Virus record (IMG/VR): IMGVR_UViG_3300031241_000001
Origin: an uncultured virus (IMG/VR IMGVR_UViG_3300031241_000001)
Taxonomy: Duplodnaviria > Heunggongvirae > Uroviricota > Caudoviricetes
Length of the DNA stretch: 64,000 bases
Reading direction: 5' to 3' (one strand)
Shown: positions 40,723 to 51,026 of the stretch, in pieces
How positions within the stretch are numbered: the first letter of the stretch is position 1
Layout: each line of letters begins with the position of its first letter
Program-made: the position numbers and the translations under genes
The notes under the pieces: model-generated
The model's database searches: none
Told to the model about the DNA's origin: nothing
Seen by the model: the letters and a program-made list of their open reading frames with translations, nothing else

Positions 40723-41544
40723 TCACGCGGCCACCGCTTCTTCGTCGACCTTCTTGGGGTAGGCGACCGGGTCGCCGTTCGCGTCGACGATCGCGAGCCG
40801 CGCGACGTCCTTGCGCAGCCGCCGGTCCAAGGCCCAGAGGTAGCGGTAGTTGCCGCGGTGACGCATGCGGCGGGCGACGCCCGGGAGCTGCGCAGTCAGC
40901 CACGCTCCGAGGTCCTGCCCGAGGTCGAGCGGGGGCACCGCGCCGTGCTCGACGAGCTTGTTGATCGCGGCCCGGTAGCCGCGGGCGCGCGCGGGGATCT
41001 TGGACAGCGTGCGATCGGAGAGCACGGTGCCGTCGGGGAGGAGCCAGATCTTCCGCGCCTGGGTTCGGCCGCCGTAGACCGCGTTCGTGGCCTGGTAGAT
41101 GTTCCCGACGTGACCGGGCAGCACCAGGGTGCCGTCGGACGCGCGGCGGGGGCACGGGTCGCTGTGGCTGACGAGCGCCTCGATACCCTTGGCGCGCAGG
41201 CGATCGAAGCAGCGCGCGAGGAACCAACTCTCGCCGTTGCCGGCCACGCTCGAGAGCAGCACGAAGCGCCCCAGCTCGATGCCGGCCATGCGCTCGCAGG
41301 GCAGCCGTCGCAGTACAGCCTCGTTGGGTGGGTGCGAGAACACCGCGACGCCGACGAGCAGCGCTCCCTGGTAGAGGCCGAAGCGCGCGCGGGCGGCGGG
41401 GTAGCTGCCGCTGTAGTGGTGCTCCTCGACGAAGGTCCTGGGCGTGGTGTCGTCGAGCAGCTCGACGACCTCGTGGGCCCGCGTGTCGATGATCTCGCTC
41501 GGGTCGCGCCAGGTGCCGAGGCGCTGGTACCAGCGCTGGTTCAC
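40723..41544 (-). CDS. Mom-family (GNAT-fold) adenine-modification enzyme
   Basis: FVEEHHYSG, LVGVAVF, ELGRFVL, NGESWFL, SHSDP, GHVGNIYQATN. Confidence 0.8.
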   Translation of the reverse strand: MNQRWYQRLGTWRDPSEIIDTRAHEVVELLDDTTPRTFVEEHHYSGSYPAARARFGLYQGALLVGVAVFSHPPNEAVLRRLPCERMAGIELGRFVLLSSVAGNGESWFLARCFDRLRAKGIEALVSHSDPCPRRASDGTLVLPGHVGNIYQATNAVYGGRTQARKIWLLPDGTVLSDRTLSKIPARARGYRAAINKLVEHGAVPPLDLGQDLGAWLTAQLPGVARRMRHRGNYRYLWALDRRLRKDVARLAIVDANGDPVAYPKKVDEEAVAA

Positions 41545-41990
41545 GGGGTGTCTCTCTCGACGGTGGCGGCGAGTTGTTGCTTCAACCACTGGAGGCGCTG
41601 GCCGACCTGCATCTTGGCGAGCGGTTCGTGGAACGTCGCTTGGTGGAATCCCGCGCTCCGGATCGGCTGCGCGTAGTCTTTCCCGGCGTAGACGTGGATC
41701 TGACGATCTACGCCCTGGTGACGGTTCACGATTGAACCCCACACGCGGAGACCCCAGATCACGCGCCATTCCTTGGCGATGTTGCCCATCGTGAGGTCGT
41801 ACGGCGCGACCACCTGGTCGAGAGCTACCAACTCGTGCTTGGCGCTGATGACGTAGACGACGTCGTGACGGCGCTCCGCGAGCTCCAGCGTCGATCGAAA
41901 CAGCTGCGACGTGTAGAACTGCCGCGCGGGCGCGGGGTGCTTGAGCTTGGGCCCCGAGCAGCCCACGAGCGCGATGGAGACGGAGGTCAC
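41541..41990 (-). CDS. DUF6884-like protein
   Basis: LVGCS..K...APARQFY.S.LF, ISAKH, PYD motifs. Confidence 0.65.
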   Translation of the reverse strand: MTSVSIALVGCSGPKLKHPAPARQFYTSQLFRSTLELAERRHDVVYVISAKHELVALDQVVAPYDLTMGNIAKEWRVIWGLRVWGSIVNRHQGVDRQIHVYAGKDYAQPIRSAGFHQATFHEPLAKMQVGQRLQWLKQQLAATVERDTP

Positions 41991-42595
41991 GACGGCCCTC
42001 GCTTGCATGCACTTGCCGCGGTTGGCAGCGGCAGCATCAACTCGTTGGCGTCATAGACGCAGCCATGCGCCTTGGTCATGGCCTCTCGGATCTTGGGGAC
42101 CGCCCCGGTGCCTGACGCCTTGTCGACGTCCTCGACCCAGGTCACCACGAGGATCGTGTGGGGAGCGTAGCGGGGGTGCGTTGACGGGTAGACGGGGGCC
42201 ATGCAGATCGTCATCAGCGCTTTGGCGTGCAATGCGAGGTGGGGACGGATCTCGGAGGAGCGGAGGGTGGATCGGACGACCCGCTCTACGTAGTGCTCGA
42301 TCTCTACGACCGGGACGGTCGGCTCGCTGACCCGCGCGCAACAGATCGCCAGTTCCAGGAATGACTCGGCTGCCCAGGCGGCCGTGGAGGTGAAGCCCTT
42401 GTCGGCCTTCGCCAAGAGGACGATCGCGTTGCCGCGCGCTGCGGCGAAGGCCGTGACGCTGCGGAGAATGCCCGCGCGATCCGCGCGAGGGTTCGCTACT
42501 GACACCGCGGCTAGCTCCAAGGGGCACGCCTTGGCGAATGGGCAGACGCTCTTGCCCGCTTGAAGGTATTTTTTGACGGCAGCCGCTCTGTCCAT
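41987..42595 (-). CDS. Hypothetical protein with CPFA motif
   Basis: VCPFAK ... PRYAP. Confidence 0.5.
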   Translation of the reverse strand: MDRAAAVKKYLQAGKSVCPFAKACPLELAAVSVANPRADRAGILRSVTAFAAARGNAIVLLAKADKGFTSTAAWAAESFLELAICCARVSEPTVPVVEIEHYVERVVRSTLRSSEIRPHLALHAKALMTICMAPVYPSTHPRYAPHTILVVTWVEDVDKASGTGAVPKIREAMTKAHGCVYDANELMLPLPTAASACKRGPS

Positions 42596-43023
42596 CACAG
42601 CCTCCGCCGCAGGCCCCTGGCCAACTTCTTGTACGCGGGCAACTCGCGCCCGCACCAGTTGATCATGATGTCATCGATCGCGTCGGCACCGTCTGCTGTC
42701 TCGATGTAGCGGGCGCCCTCGTCGAAGCGCACCACGTGCACGGCCTTGTTGCTCCGGTCGAACTGCGTCGCGGTGGCGTCGACGATCAGCGCGCCGACGC
42801 GGCACCAGGCGTGTCGGTTCGGGAAGCGCCCGCGCTTGCCGAGGAACAACTCGTGCTTCATGTAGAAGCCGGTGCGCAGGGCGCGGGGGTCGTCGATCGC
42901 GGTGGCCACGCGCATCGCGGCGAGGCCGCACTCGCCCGCGAGGTTGCGCGGCGTCTTGGCGTCGCGCAGCAGCTCGGCGCGGACGTCGCGCGCAACGAGG
43001 GTCGTCCGCTCGACCAGGGTCAC
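42595..43023 (-). CDS. Transglutaminase/papain-fold-like protein
   Basis: GECGLAA, HAW, IVDATATQF (Cys-His-Asp). Confidence 0.5.
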   Translation of the reverse strand: MTLVERTTLVARDVRAELLRDAKTPRNLAGECGLAAMRVATAIDDPRALRTGFYMKHELFLGKRGRFPNRHAWCRVGALIVDATATQFDRSNKAVHVVRFDEGARYIETADGADAIDDIMINWCGRELPAYKKLARGLRRRL

Positions 43024-45313
43024 GTTTCACCGCCATTGTCAGTGCCATAGACGGCCCCTTGACGACCGATCTCTTGCGCCGCGCGTTCCCCCGCCGATGT
43101 CCGTCGGTACTCCCAGGCGGAGCGTGTGTGACCCCCGCGCGCCCGGCGCTCGGCCAAACCTTTGCGGACGAGCTGCGCCAGCGTCGCGCTGTGGTGCGAC
43201 CCGTCGGTGCCGCCGAGGAAGCGAGGCGTGCACCAGAAATCGTCGGACAGCTGGTGGTACAGCAGGTCACGCTGCCTGGGAGTCAGCGTGCGCGCGTTGA
43301 GGATCTCGGCGATTCGTGCGCGGGCCTCCGCACGCGCCCGCTTCGTGTTACCGAGCGCGAAGCCGCATGTGTTTAGCAACGTGACGTCGCCGTCGTCGGC
43401 GCGGCGGCCCGCTTCCGCGAACAGGTCCTTGATCTGCTCGTCGGTGATCGTGGCGGCGGTCAGCATCGAGGCTCCTTCGTTTCGATCCCGAGCGTGCGGC
43501 GGAAGCAGCTCAGGTGCCACGGGCGGTACGCGGTGCCGCTCTCATCCGCGTGCTCCATCGAGACGCCGCAGTCGTCGGCCTCGATGGGCTGGGAGCACGC
43601 GAGGCAGTGCTCACCGACGGGGACGGGCACCTCCGCGATCTCACGGAGGCGCGGACGCCACGTGCCGTTCGTGAAGAACCGCATCACGGGAGCACCAGGG
43701 GACTGGGGTTGTTGGGATTCGGCGCGGGGAGCGCAGGGCCGCAGGCGGGGATCTGGTTGCCTGCGAAGCGGTCCGGGTACACCGGGCGGTATGCCCGTTC
43801 CATGGTCGCGAGTACGAAGTGTGCGGCTTCGGCGTCCGCTCGTTGCTCGAAGGCGACGCCGACGATCGTCGCGTTGCACGCGCAGGCGGCGTTCCACAGA
43901 CCGTCCTCGCGCTGGTGCCAGACGAGGCGCATCACTTCGTCTCCGGGCGTGCGCGTATTTTGCGGTAGCTCCAGACGATCGCGTTAGCCATGCCGATAGA
44001 GGTGCGCACGCCATTGTCGTGCGCGTAGACCGTGTATCCGTCGCGCGGCGGCGGGCGCGGACCGTATTCTTCCTCTGCAAGCCACTCCAATAGCGCGGTT
44101 CGCAGTTGGCGCTTGGTCGAGAGGACGCCGCTGATCGGCTCGCCCCCAGGCAGTCGCTTGATCCGCCATCGCCCGGGACCGGCGATGCCGCTGAGAGGCT
44201 CGATGCGCACGAACCCGCGTGATCCACGCGCCGCTCCCCGCGCTTCGGGCGGCGGCGACGTCACGCCGTACGGCCCCGCCTCGTACGTGAAGCGGTTCAG
44301 GGCGGCGCAGGCGTCCGTGATGTCCTTCATCGTGAGTGTCACGGCGTAGCAACCTCGCCGCCTGGCTGGCGCCCCTCGGCCGCGAGCGCCTTGTCGGTCG
44401 CGTCCGTGAGCGCGTCGTACACCTCGCGCCACGCGGCGTGCGCGGTGAGGACTTCGTCGTCGGACACGAGCCCTTCCCCGGGCTGCGGTTCGCCGTCGAG
44501 GTCGCGCCAGCGGCGCAGCAGGTCGACCAGTTCGTCGCGCGTTGGCGGCTCGGGCGGAGGCGGGGTCTCGGACGGGGGGACGTGCCGTGCGTTCGTCCTT
44601 CTGAGCTGATGACACGCGCAGCGGCAGTCGGCGATCACACAGTAGGCGTTCAGCTCCACGCCCGCTGCCGCGTCGAGCAAGGTCGCTGGCCCCTTACCGG
44701 CGCAGGCGCTGCACGGGCTCGGGCAGCGGCGGCAGGGGATGTACCGGTTGAGGGCCGGGAACCACACGCGATGGCTGTCACCGCAGGTCACGCAACGGGG
44801 GCTCACGATTTGGGCTCCTCGCGGGTCAGCGGACATCGGCCCCGGTACCATGGGTGTCCGGATAACGCGCGGGTGTAGAGGACCTCAGGATCCAGTGTTT
44901 GATCGACCGTGGGCTGCTGCACCCAGTAGCCGTCGAAGTCGCTGCGGCTGGAGTTGACGACCTTCCGTGCGCGCTCCTTGTTGGGGGCGATCACGAGACC
45001 CTGGCGCGATCCGTCGAGGTTCCCGACCCACATCTTGAGCTTCACGGGCATCGCGGTTTCTCCGTGCCGTCAGGCCAGATGCTTCCGAGCACAGCTTCGT
45101 ACGACGTCCTGACTTCATAGCTCCAGCGACGCTTCGTCGGGAACCACTCCGCGGTGACGATGCGCTGCTCGCCGTCCTTGTCCTTGAAGACGGAGACCAC
45201 GTGCAGGAGCGCGTCCACCTGCTTGACGCGACCGCCGCCAGCGCCGTGCCGCGTGGCGTGGCGGAGCGTGGTGCCGACCTTCGGCGGCCACCATGTGGGC
45301 GTCTCGCTGCGCT

Positions 45314-46309
45314 TCACGGCGTCACCTCGTAGTCCGACACGACGAAGCCTTCCTCCTCGGAGCCCGCGAGCGTCGGCCCCCAGTACCAGACGTCCTTGTA
45401 GCGCCCGAACAGCCCTTTGCCGGCACGGTAGTCCTTCATGTGCCCGCGCTTTCGGTGGCGCCGCGGCGTCGAGCCGTCACCGGGTAGCCCCTCGGACGCG
45501 ATCGTGCGGGGCGTCTTGTCGAGGTCGACGCGCACCGTGTGGTACGACACGAGCGGCTTCTTGCCACTCTTCACGCGGGACTTCTGAAAAGCGTCCGGTG
45601 CCCGGTGCTCGATCGTGTCGATGTTGGCGCAGTTCATCATCGCGAGCGTCGTCCAGCCGACGAGTGACGCAGCGCCGACCTGCACCGACTCGTCCTGGGA
45701 CAGGATCGATCCGTGGCTCATCCAGAAGTTCAGAAGCGTGCCGTCAGCGGCGACGGAGATCGTGCCGACATGGTAGGGACCGCGCAGCCCCGAGATGTGC
45801 GCGCCGTCGTTCTTGTGGGCGAACTCCAGGAAGTCCAGCGTCAGGTAGATCCACCGGCAGCGAACGTCGCGCGAGAACTCGACGATCTTTGTCGGGGTCG
45901 CCTGCGCGCCGTCGCCGATGATCGTTCTCGCGATCTCCTCTGCCTGTGCGGGCGCGCAGGCCACGAACAGCATGCCCATCCGCTTGGCGGTCGGGAGGCG
46001 GGGATGGTCCCACTCGACGAAGAACTTCGTGTGCGGGGGCACGAGGCACTTGAGGTCGCTCCAGAAAGCGGCGTGGGCCTCCTTGGCGCTCTTGCTGGAG
46101 CCGTCGCCGCTCAGGTAGTTGGCGTCGAAGAAGCGCGCGACGTTCGTCGCTTCGACGCACACCGCCCCGCCGAGGATCTGGCGCATCCCCGCGTTGTGCT
46201 GGAACACCATCTCCTGGTCCAGCGCGACGTCCGTGGCCGGCAGTGGCGGCACGATGATGCCGGACAAGAGCGCGTCGAGCAGGCGCGCGCGGACAGGCTG
46301 CTTGCTCAT
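45314..46309 (-). CDS. Conserved phage hypothetical protein
   Basis: C-terminal PRRHRKRGH..WYWGP motif. Confidence 0.6.
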   Translation of the reverse strand: MSKQPVRARLLDALLSGIIVPPLPATDVALDQEMVFQHNAGMRQILGGAVCVEATNVARFFDANYLSGDGSSKSAKEAHAAFWSDLKCLVPPHTKFFVEWDHPRLPTAKRMGMLFVACAPAQAEEIARTIIGDGAQATPTKIVEFSRDVRCRWIYLTLDFLEFAHKNDGAHISGLRGPYHVGTISVAADGTLLNFWMSHGSILSQDESVQVGAASLVGWTTLAMMNCANIDTIEHRAPDAFQKSRVKSGKKPLVSYHTVRVDLDKTPRTIASEGLPGDGSTPRRHRKRGHMKDYRAGKGLFGRYKDVWYWGPTLAGSEEEGFVVSDYEVTP

Positions 46310-47608
46310 GGGCGCCTCGGGTCGCCGATCAGCAGCTTCGCCATGCACGTGAAGCAGACCCACAGGCCGCCGCCGAGGTAGTGGGCGCGCTGGGATCGAT
46401 CTCCGTGGCCGCAGAGCTGCGCGCCGGGGTCGAACGTTTCGACCTTTGGTGACGGCGACGTGCTCATTCGGAGGGCTCCGGTTGAGGTTGAGGCTTACGC
46501 TGGAGCCACCAGCCCCACTGCTCGTGCTGCTTGCCGTCCGCTTCCCACGCCTCGCGTTGGGGCGCTCCGAGGAGTTCCCAGCCGTCCGCCAGCATCTCCA
46601 GGAGGCAGGTGTAGCGAGGGATGTTCTTGGGCGCAGGTGTGTAGCCGATGAAGATCTTCCCTGCGTACTCGTCCCCGGGGCGCGACTTCTTCACGAGCAA
46701 GCTCGCGTCCTCGAACGTCCAGCCGTCGATCTCGCTCCGCAGTGACGGGCTGACTGTGCAGACGCTCGCGACCTGTATCACGTGGTCTCCTGGTCGTGAG
46801 GGGATTCCGACCCCGGCAGCTTCATGCACTCTTTGTGCTGGCGCTCGATCGCGCGCATCGTCTCGCGCAGCCACGAGCGGATCGTGCGGATGAGCGCGTG
46901 GTCGTGCGTGTGGTATTCGAGCTGCTCGGCGACCTTGGTGGTGATGTTGAGGTCCGTGTGGGATACCGGGTAGAAGCTCGGCCACTCGGTGCCGCGGGCC
47001 GTGTTGAACAGACCGTTGATCACGCCGTGGTCCCCCAGTGCACGGCACCGGGCGTCGTAGTGATGCTTGCTGGCTTCCTTGAGCAGCTGCGCCCACGCGA
47101 TCGGGATCGACACGTTCAGGCGCACTTCGTACGTGAAGCTGTCCTGGACCGGGGCGGTGGGATCTTGCGACGTCACGACGACGCCTCCTCGGAGGTCATG
47201 GGCTTGGTCTCCTGTCGGCCCAGCGTCATCAAACGAACGTGGTCGTAGCCGGACGCAGCGTCCGTGCAACCCCGCCGCGCGGCGCCACGGGCCATCGTCG
47301 AGAGCAGGGAGGGCGGCGCGCCTGCCGCGAGCAGCGCCAGCGCGTGCTCGACCGCTGCGAAGAAGTGATCCGGGTGGGCAGACCGGGTGTTCATTGGAGG
47401 GGGAGTCCCTTCCGAGCGCAGACGTCCTGGACGAAGGGGAGGGGCAGCTCGGCGATCGTCGCGATCCGGTCGGCGGTGCACACGGCCTCGCCCTCGTGGT
47501 AGGCGACGGTGCGCCATGCGCGCGCGACGGCGGCCTCTCGCGCGAGGATCCTCGCGGCTTCGTTCGCCGAGCTGTCGCCGGTCTCCTGCGCGACCTGGTT
47601 GATCGACT

Positions 47609-48250
47609 TCACGAGTACGCCTCCTCGGAGACGATCTCGGCGTCGACGGCGTCGTCCACCGGGCTCCACCAGGTCGGCGCCTTGACCAAGGCGGTGCCGG
47701 CCGAGCGGGCCTGCGTCGGGCGGGTCTGCGTCGGGGCGGGGGCGCGGGTCGTCGTGCTGCGGGGCGTGCGACGCCGCGCGCGGGTCGCGGCGCGGCGGGC
47801 GTCCGCCTCGCGGCGACGGCACGCGGCGTCGCGGGCGAGCGCGATCGTCGCCCCGTTGCCGACCGCGTTGATGAGGATCAAGACGGCGAGCGCGACGGCG
47901 CTCGTGGCACCGTGGGCCACCAGCATGACGCCCTCGATCGCGAGGACGAACCCCAGGGCCTTGCGCGCGTCGCCGAACACGGAGCAGCCAAACTTGTAGA
48001 CGGTCAGCCCTGAGAAGCACGCGCAGCCGAGCACGACCGCGATCATGACCAGGGCGAGCCCGTGGTTGCCGGCGAACCAGGTCGTCGGGATCTCCGCGTG
48101 CGCCAGCGTGCGCGCGAACCACGGGACGAGCCCGCCGACGAGCGCGCCGATCAGGGTCGCCTGCGGGCGGCGGATCGCGCACTCCAGCTGCGAGACGATG
48201 TCGACGGTGGCCGCGCGGTCGGCCTCGTGCCGGGAGTGTTTGCGGGTCAT
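47609..48250 (-). CDS. Membrane protein
   Basis: Several hydrophobic segments; directly downstream of a sigma54-like promoter. Confidence 0.65.
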   Translation of the reverse strand: MTRKHSRHEADRAATVDIVSQLECAIRRPQATLIGALVGGLVPWFARTLAHAEIPTTWFAGNHGLALVMIAVVLGCACFSGLTVYKFGCSVFGDARKALGFVLAIEGVMLVAHGATSAVALAVLILINAVGNGATIALARDAACRRREADARRAATRARRRTPRSTTTRAPAPTQTRPTQARSAGTALVKAPTWWSPVDDAVDAEIVSEEAYS

Positions 48251-48260
48251 GCCCCGAGGT

Positions 48261-48331
48261 AGAGCAGGTAGCGTGCCTGGCGTGGCGCGCCCGCAAGTGG
48301 TCGTCGAGACGCCGTGAGTAGGCGCGCACCC
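48261..48331 (-). promoter_or_regulatory. sigma54-like promoter with upstream box (copy 1)
   Basis: - strand AGGCACG-CTAC-CTGCTCT 10 nt before ATG 48250; box GGGTGCGCGCCTACTCA at 48315-48331. Confidence 0.6.
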
Positions 48332-48959
48332 TGTCTCCGCGGGGTCACGCGCGAGGTGCCGAGGACACGGGTAGCGCATCACCCGGCCAGGGGGCCGTGC
48401 CCCGGCTTGCAGGTGTCGAGCTTGGTTGGCCAGACGACCTCGCACGTCAACTCGTGGCCGTAACGGTTCTGCCGCATCGGCATCGGCAGAATGAACACGT
48501 GCCACGACTTGAACAGGTCGTTCGGCTCTATGCCGTAGTCGTGACCGGTTAGGTTCGCCTTCTCCTGCGCGTCCTTCTTAGCGGCGCTGTACGCCGCCAT
48601 GCCTGCGCTGGAGTGGCGCCATGCTGCGCGGTCGACCCGCGGCTTCCGCGCGTGCTTTGATCGCGTCATCTTCGTTGCGCTCCTTCGTGGGTGAGTCACG
48701 AGTCACGAGAGACAGCGGGCCGCGAGCGCCGTGACGATGACGACGGGCCAGACGAGCCCGGCGAGGACGCGCCGCCACGGGGGCATGAAAGGAATGCTGT
48801 CGAGGCGAAAGGGCAGCGCCATCGAAAACCAGACCGCGACACCGAGGTACACGCAATACGCGATATGCGATATGCAATCCCGGTGTCGTCGGCGCGATGC
48901 AGTCGAGCGCTTGGTCGACGAGCCCGACCGCTGCACCGAGCCCCATGCCGATCAACAAG

Positions 48960-51026
48960 TCACGCTTGAGAAACATCTTGAGCGTCTTTCCTGGGTGTGC
49001 GTGAGAGGCCGTGCTCCTTGCGCAGCCGCTTGAAGGCTCGATTCGAGAGCGCGATCGTGATGCCTAGCTCGAGGTGTCGCCAGGGGTCGTCGAGTCGCGA
49101 GTCCTGCGGGTCGATGCGCGCGAGGATGCTGTTGCCGGTGTACGGCTCGCGCGTGGTCCAGTGCTGGAGCGGCCACGGCAGCCGCTTCTCGGGGATGCCC
49201 ATGAGCAGCGCGAGCGCGCGCGGGTTGTCCGGTTGGATGATCGTGAACACACTCGCGCGTAGCGTGGGATCGATCGCGCACGTGCGCACACCACGCTTCG
49301 TGTCCCAGGTCCCGAGTTCGATCCCGATGCCCCGAGGCACTCCTTTGAAGGCGTCGTACCAGGAGCGCCCCTGGCGCTGCTTGAGGATGCCGGCCTCCTT
49401 CCAGCGCAGCTCGTCGTGCGCCGGGAAGCCGTGGTCCTCGTGGCTCTTCCACGTCGTCACGGGCGCGACGAGCTCGCCGCACGCGACGGCCTTCCAGATG
49501 AAAGGCATGTTGCGCGCGATGCGCTTGCCGTACCACGACAGGATCATCGCTTGCTTCGCGGCGAACTCGGCGGTCGCCAGGCGCTGGACGCCCAGGATGA
49601 GGTTGTTGCGCGCGTACCACGCGCGCGTGCGCTCGACGGCCTTCGCCGTCCCGAAGTAACTCGGGTCGAGCGCGCCGGGCTCGATCGGATCTGTGCGGTG
49701 GTCGGGGCCCCAGCCGATGACGTTCGGCTGCTTGCGGACGCGCGGCAGGCGCGAGGTCTCGACCTCGCCGGGCAGGAGCTTGGCAGCCTCCTTTCCGACG
49801 GCGAGCGCCTGGCGCTCCCCGACGACGTCGAGCAGGACCTCCGGCACGCGGTCGCGGTAGCGCTCCTCCAGCCAAGCGTTGTGTCCGACGGGCGTGTGGT
49901 TGTCGGCCAGTTCCGGCGTCGTGGTGGCGACGGTGAGCCTCGGCAGGACGAGCGGCTGGTACTGCCCCGTGAGCACGAGCGCGCTCTGCGCGTCCACGAG
50001 CGCGTGCGGCGCGACGACCATCTCGCCCGTGTACGACAGCTCGGGCGTCTTGTAGTCGTCGTGGTCGAACTTCTTGGCGACGAGGTCGAACAAGAGGGTG
50101 AGCCAGACGAACTCGGAGGGCTCCAGGTTCGGGACCTCCTCGATCGGGACGGCCTTCGCGTCGATCGGGATGAGCGCGGTCTTGTTCTTGCCCCGCAGGT
50201 GCTTGTGTTTGACCGGATCTTCGTCGAGGAGGCGGTACGGGAACCAGTGCATGCGGGCGCGCTCTTTGAGGCGCCGGTCGGGGCGCCTCGTCATGTTGTG
50301 GTACTCGGGGTGCGCGCCCTCCTGGAAGTCGGTGAGGACCGTGGTCGTCTCGCCGTTGCGAAGCCCGAGCACGAAGTAGGCTTGGCAGACGTCCTCGGGG
50401 CGGACCAGCGCCAGCGTGATGCCCGAGACCATTTGACGCCGCAACGCGTGGACGAAGGAGTTGATGCTCGAGAACTCGAAGATCTGCCGGTTGTACTGGA
50501 GGGGCTTTGGATCGCGCGCGCCCTGCGTGAACTGGTGCGTCGCGAGCCTGTCAAGGCTCCGTGACGCCGCGAGGCGCAGCTGCCCGAGGGCTCGCTCGTC
50601 CGCGAGGTGCTCCTTGAGCTTGCCGAGGTCGTAGCCGTAGTGCACGGCCGCGGCGCGAAGCGCCTCCTTGAAGGAGGTGACGGCGTCCTCGCAGGGGGCC
50701 TGCGTGACGAGCGCGTGGAACGTGCGGAGCTTGGCGAACGCCTTCTCGACCGTGGCCGGAGCGTAGAGGAGGGCGTGGGCCCCGAACGACTTCTCAGCGA
50801 CGTACGCCTCGAACAACCCGCGCAGGAGTAGGATCGCCGTCGTGCCCGACATGTCGAGCGCGCGCGCGTCGTTCAGCTCTTCGACGTACTTCTGGAGGTC
50901 GTGGCTCTGGAACTCGGAGTTGCTGCCGATCGTGAACGTGAACTTGTTCGTGCCGAGCTTGGTGCCCGTCAGCGCCGCCCACGCAGGGACGGCCTCGTTC
51001 AGGATCTCGTTCAGGTCAGCCACCAT
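48960..51026 (-). CDS. Large hypothetical protein (688 aa)
   Basis: Long ORF with strong GC3 bias; no motif recognised. Confidence 0.75.
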   Translation of the reverse strand: MVADLNEILNEAVPAWAALTGTKLGTNKFTFTIGSNSEFQSHDLQKYVEELNDARALDMSGTTAILLLRGLFEAYVAEKSFGAHALLYAPATVEKAFAKLRTFHALVTQAPCEDAVTSFKEALRAAAVHYGYDLGKLKEHLADERALGQLRLAASRSLDRLATHQFTQGARDPKPLQYNRQIFEFSSINSFVHALRRQMVSGITLALVRPEDVCQAYFVLGLRNGETTTVLTDFQEGAHPEYHNMTRRPDRRLKERARMHWFPYRLLDEDPVKHKHLRGKNKTALIPIDAKAVPIEEVPNLEPSEFVWLTLLFDLVAKKFDHDDYKTPELSYTGEMVVAPHALVDAQSALVLTGQYQPLVLPRLTVATTTPELADNHTPVGHNAWLEERYRDRVPEVLLDVVGERQALAVGKEAAKLLPGEVETSRLPRVRKQPNVIGWGPDHRTDPIEPGALDPSYFGTAKAVERTRAWYARNNLILGVQRLATAEFAAKQAMILSWYGKRIARNMPFIWKAVACGELVAPVTTWKSHEDHGFPAHDELRWKEAGILKQRQGRSWYDAFKGVPRGIGIELGTWDTKRGVRTCAIDPTLRASVFTIIQPDNPRALALLMGIPEKRLPWPLQHWTTREPYTGNSILARIDPQDSRLDDPWRHLELGITIALSNRAFKRLRKEHGLSRTPRKDAQDVSQA

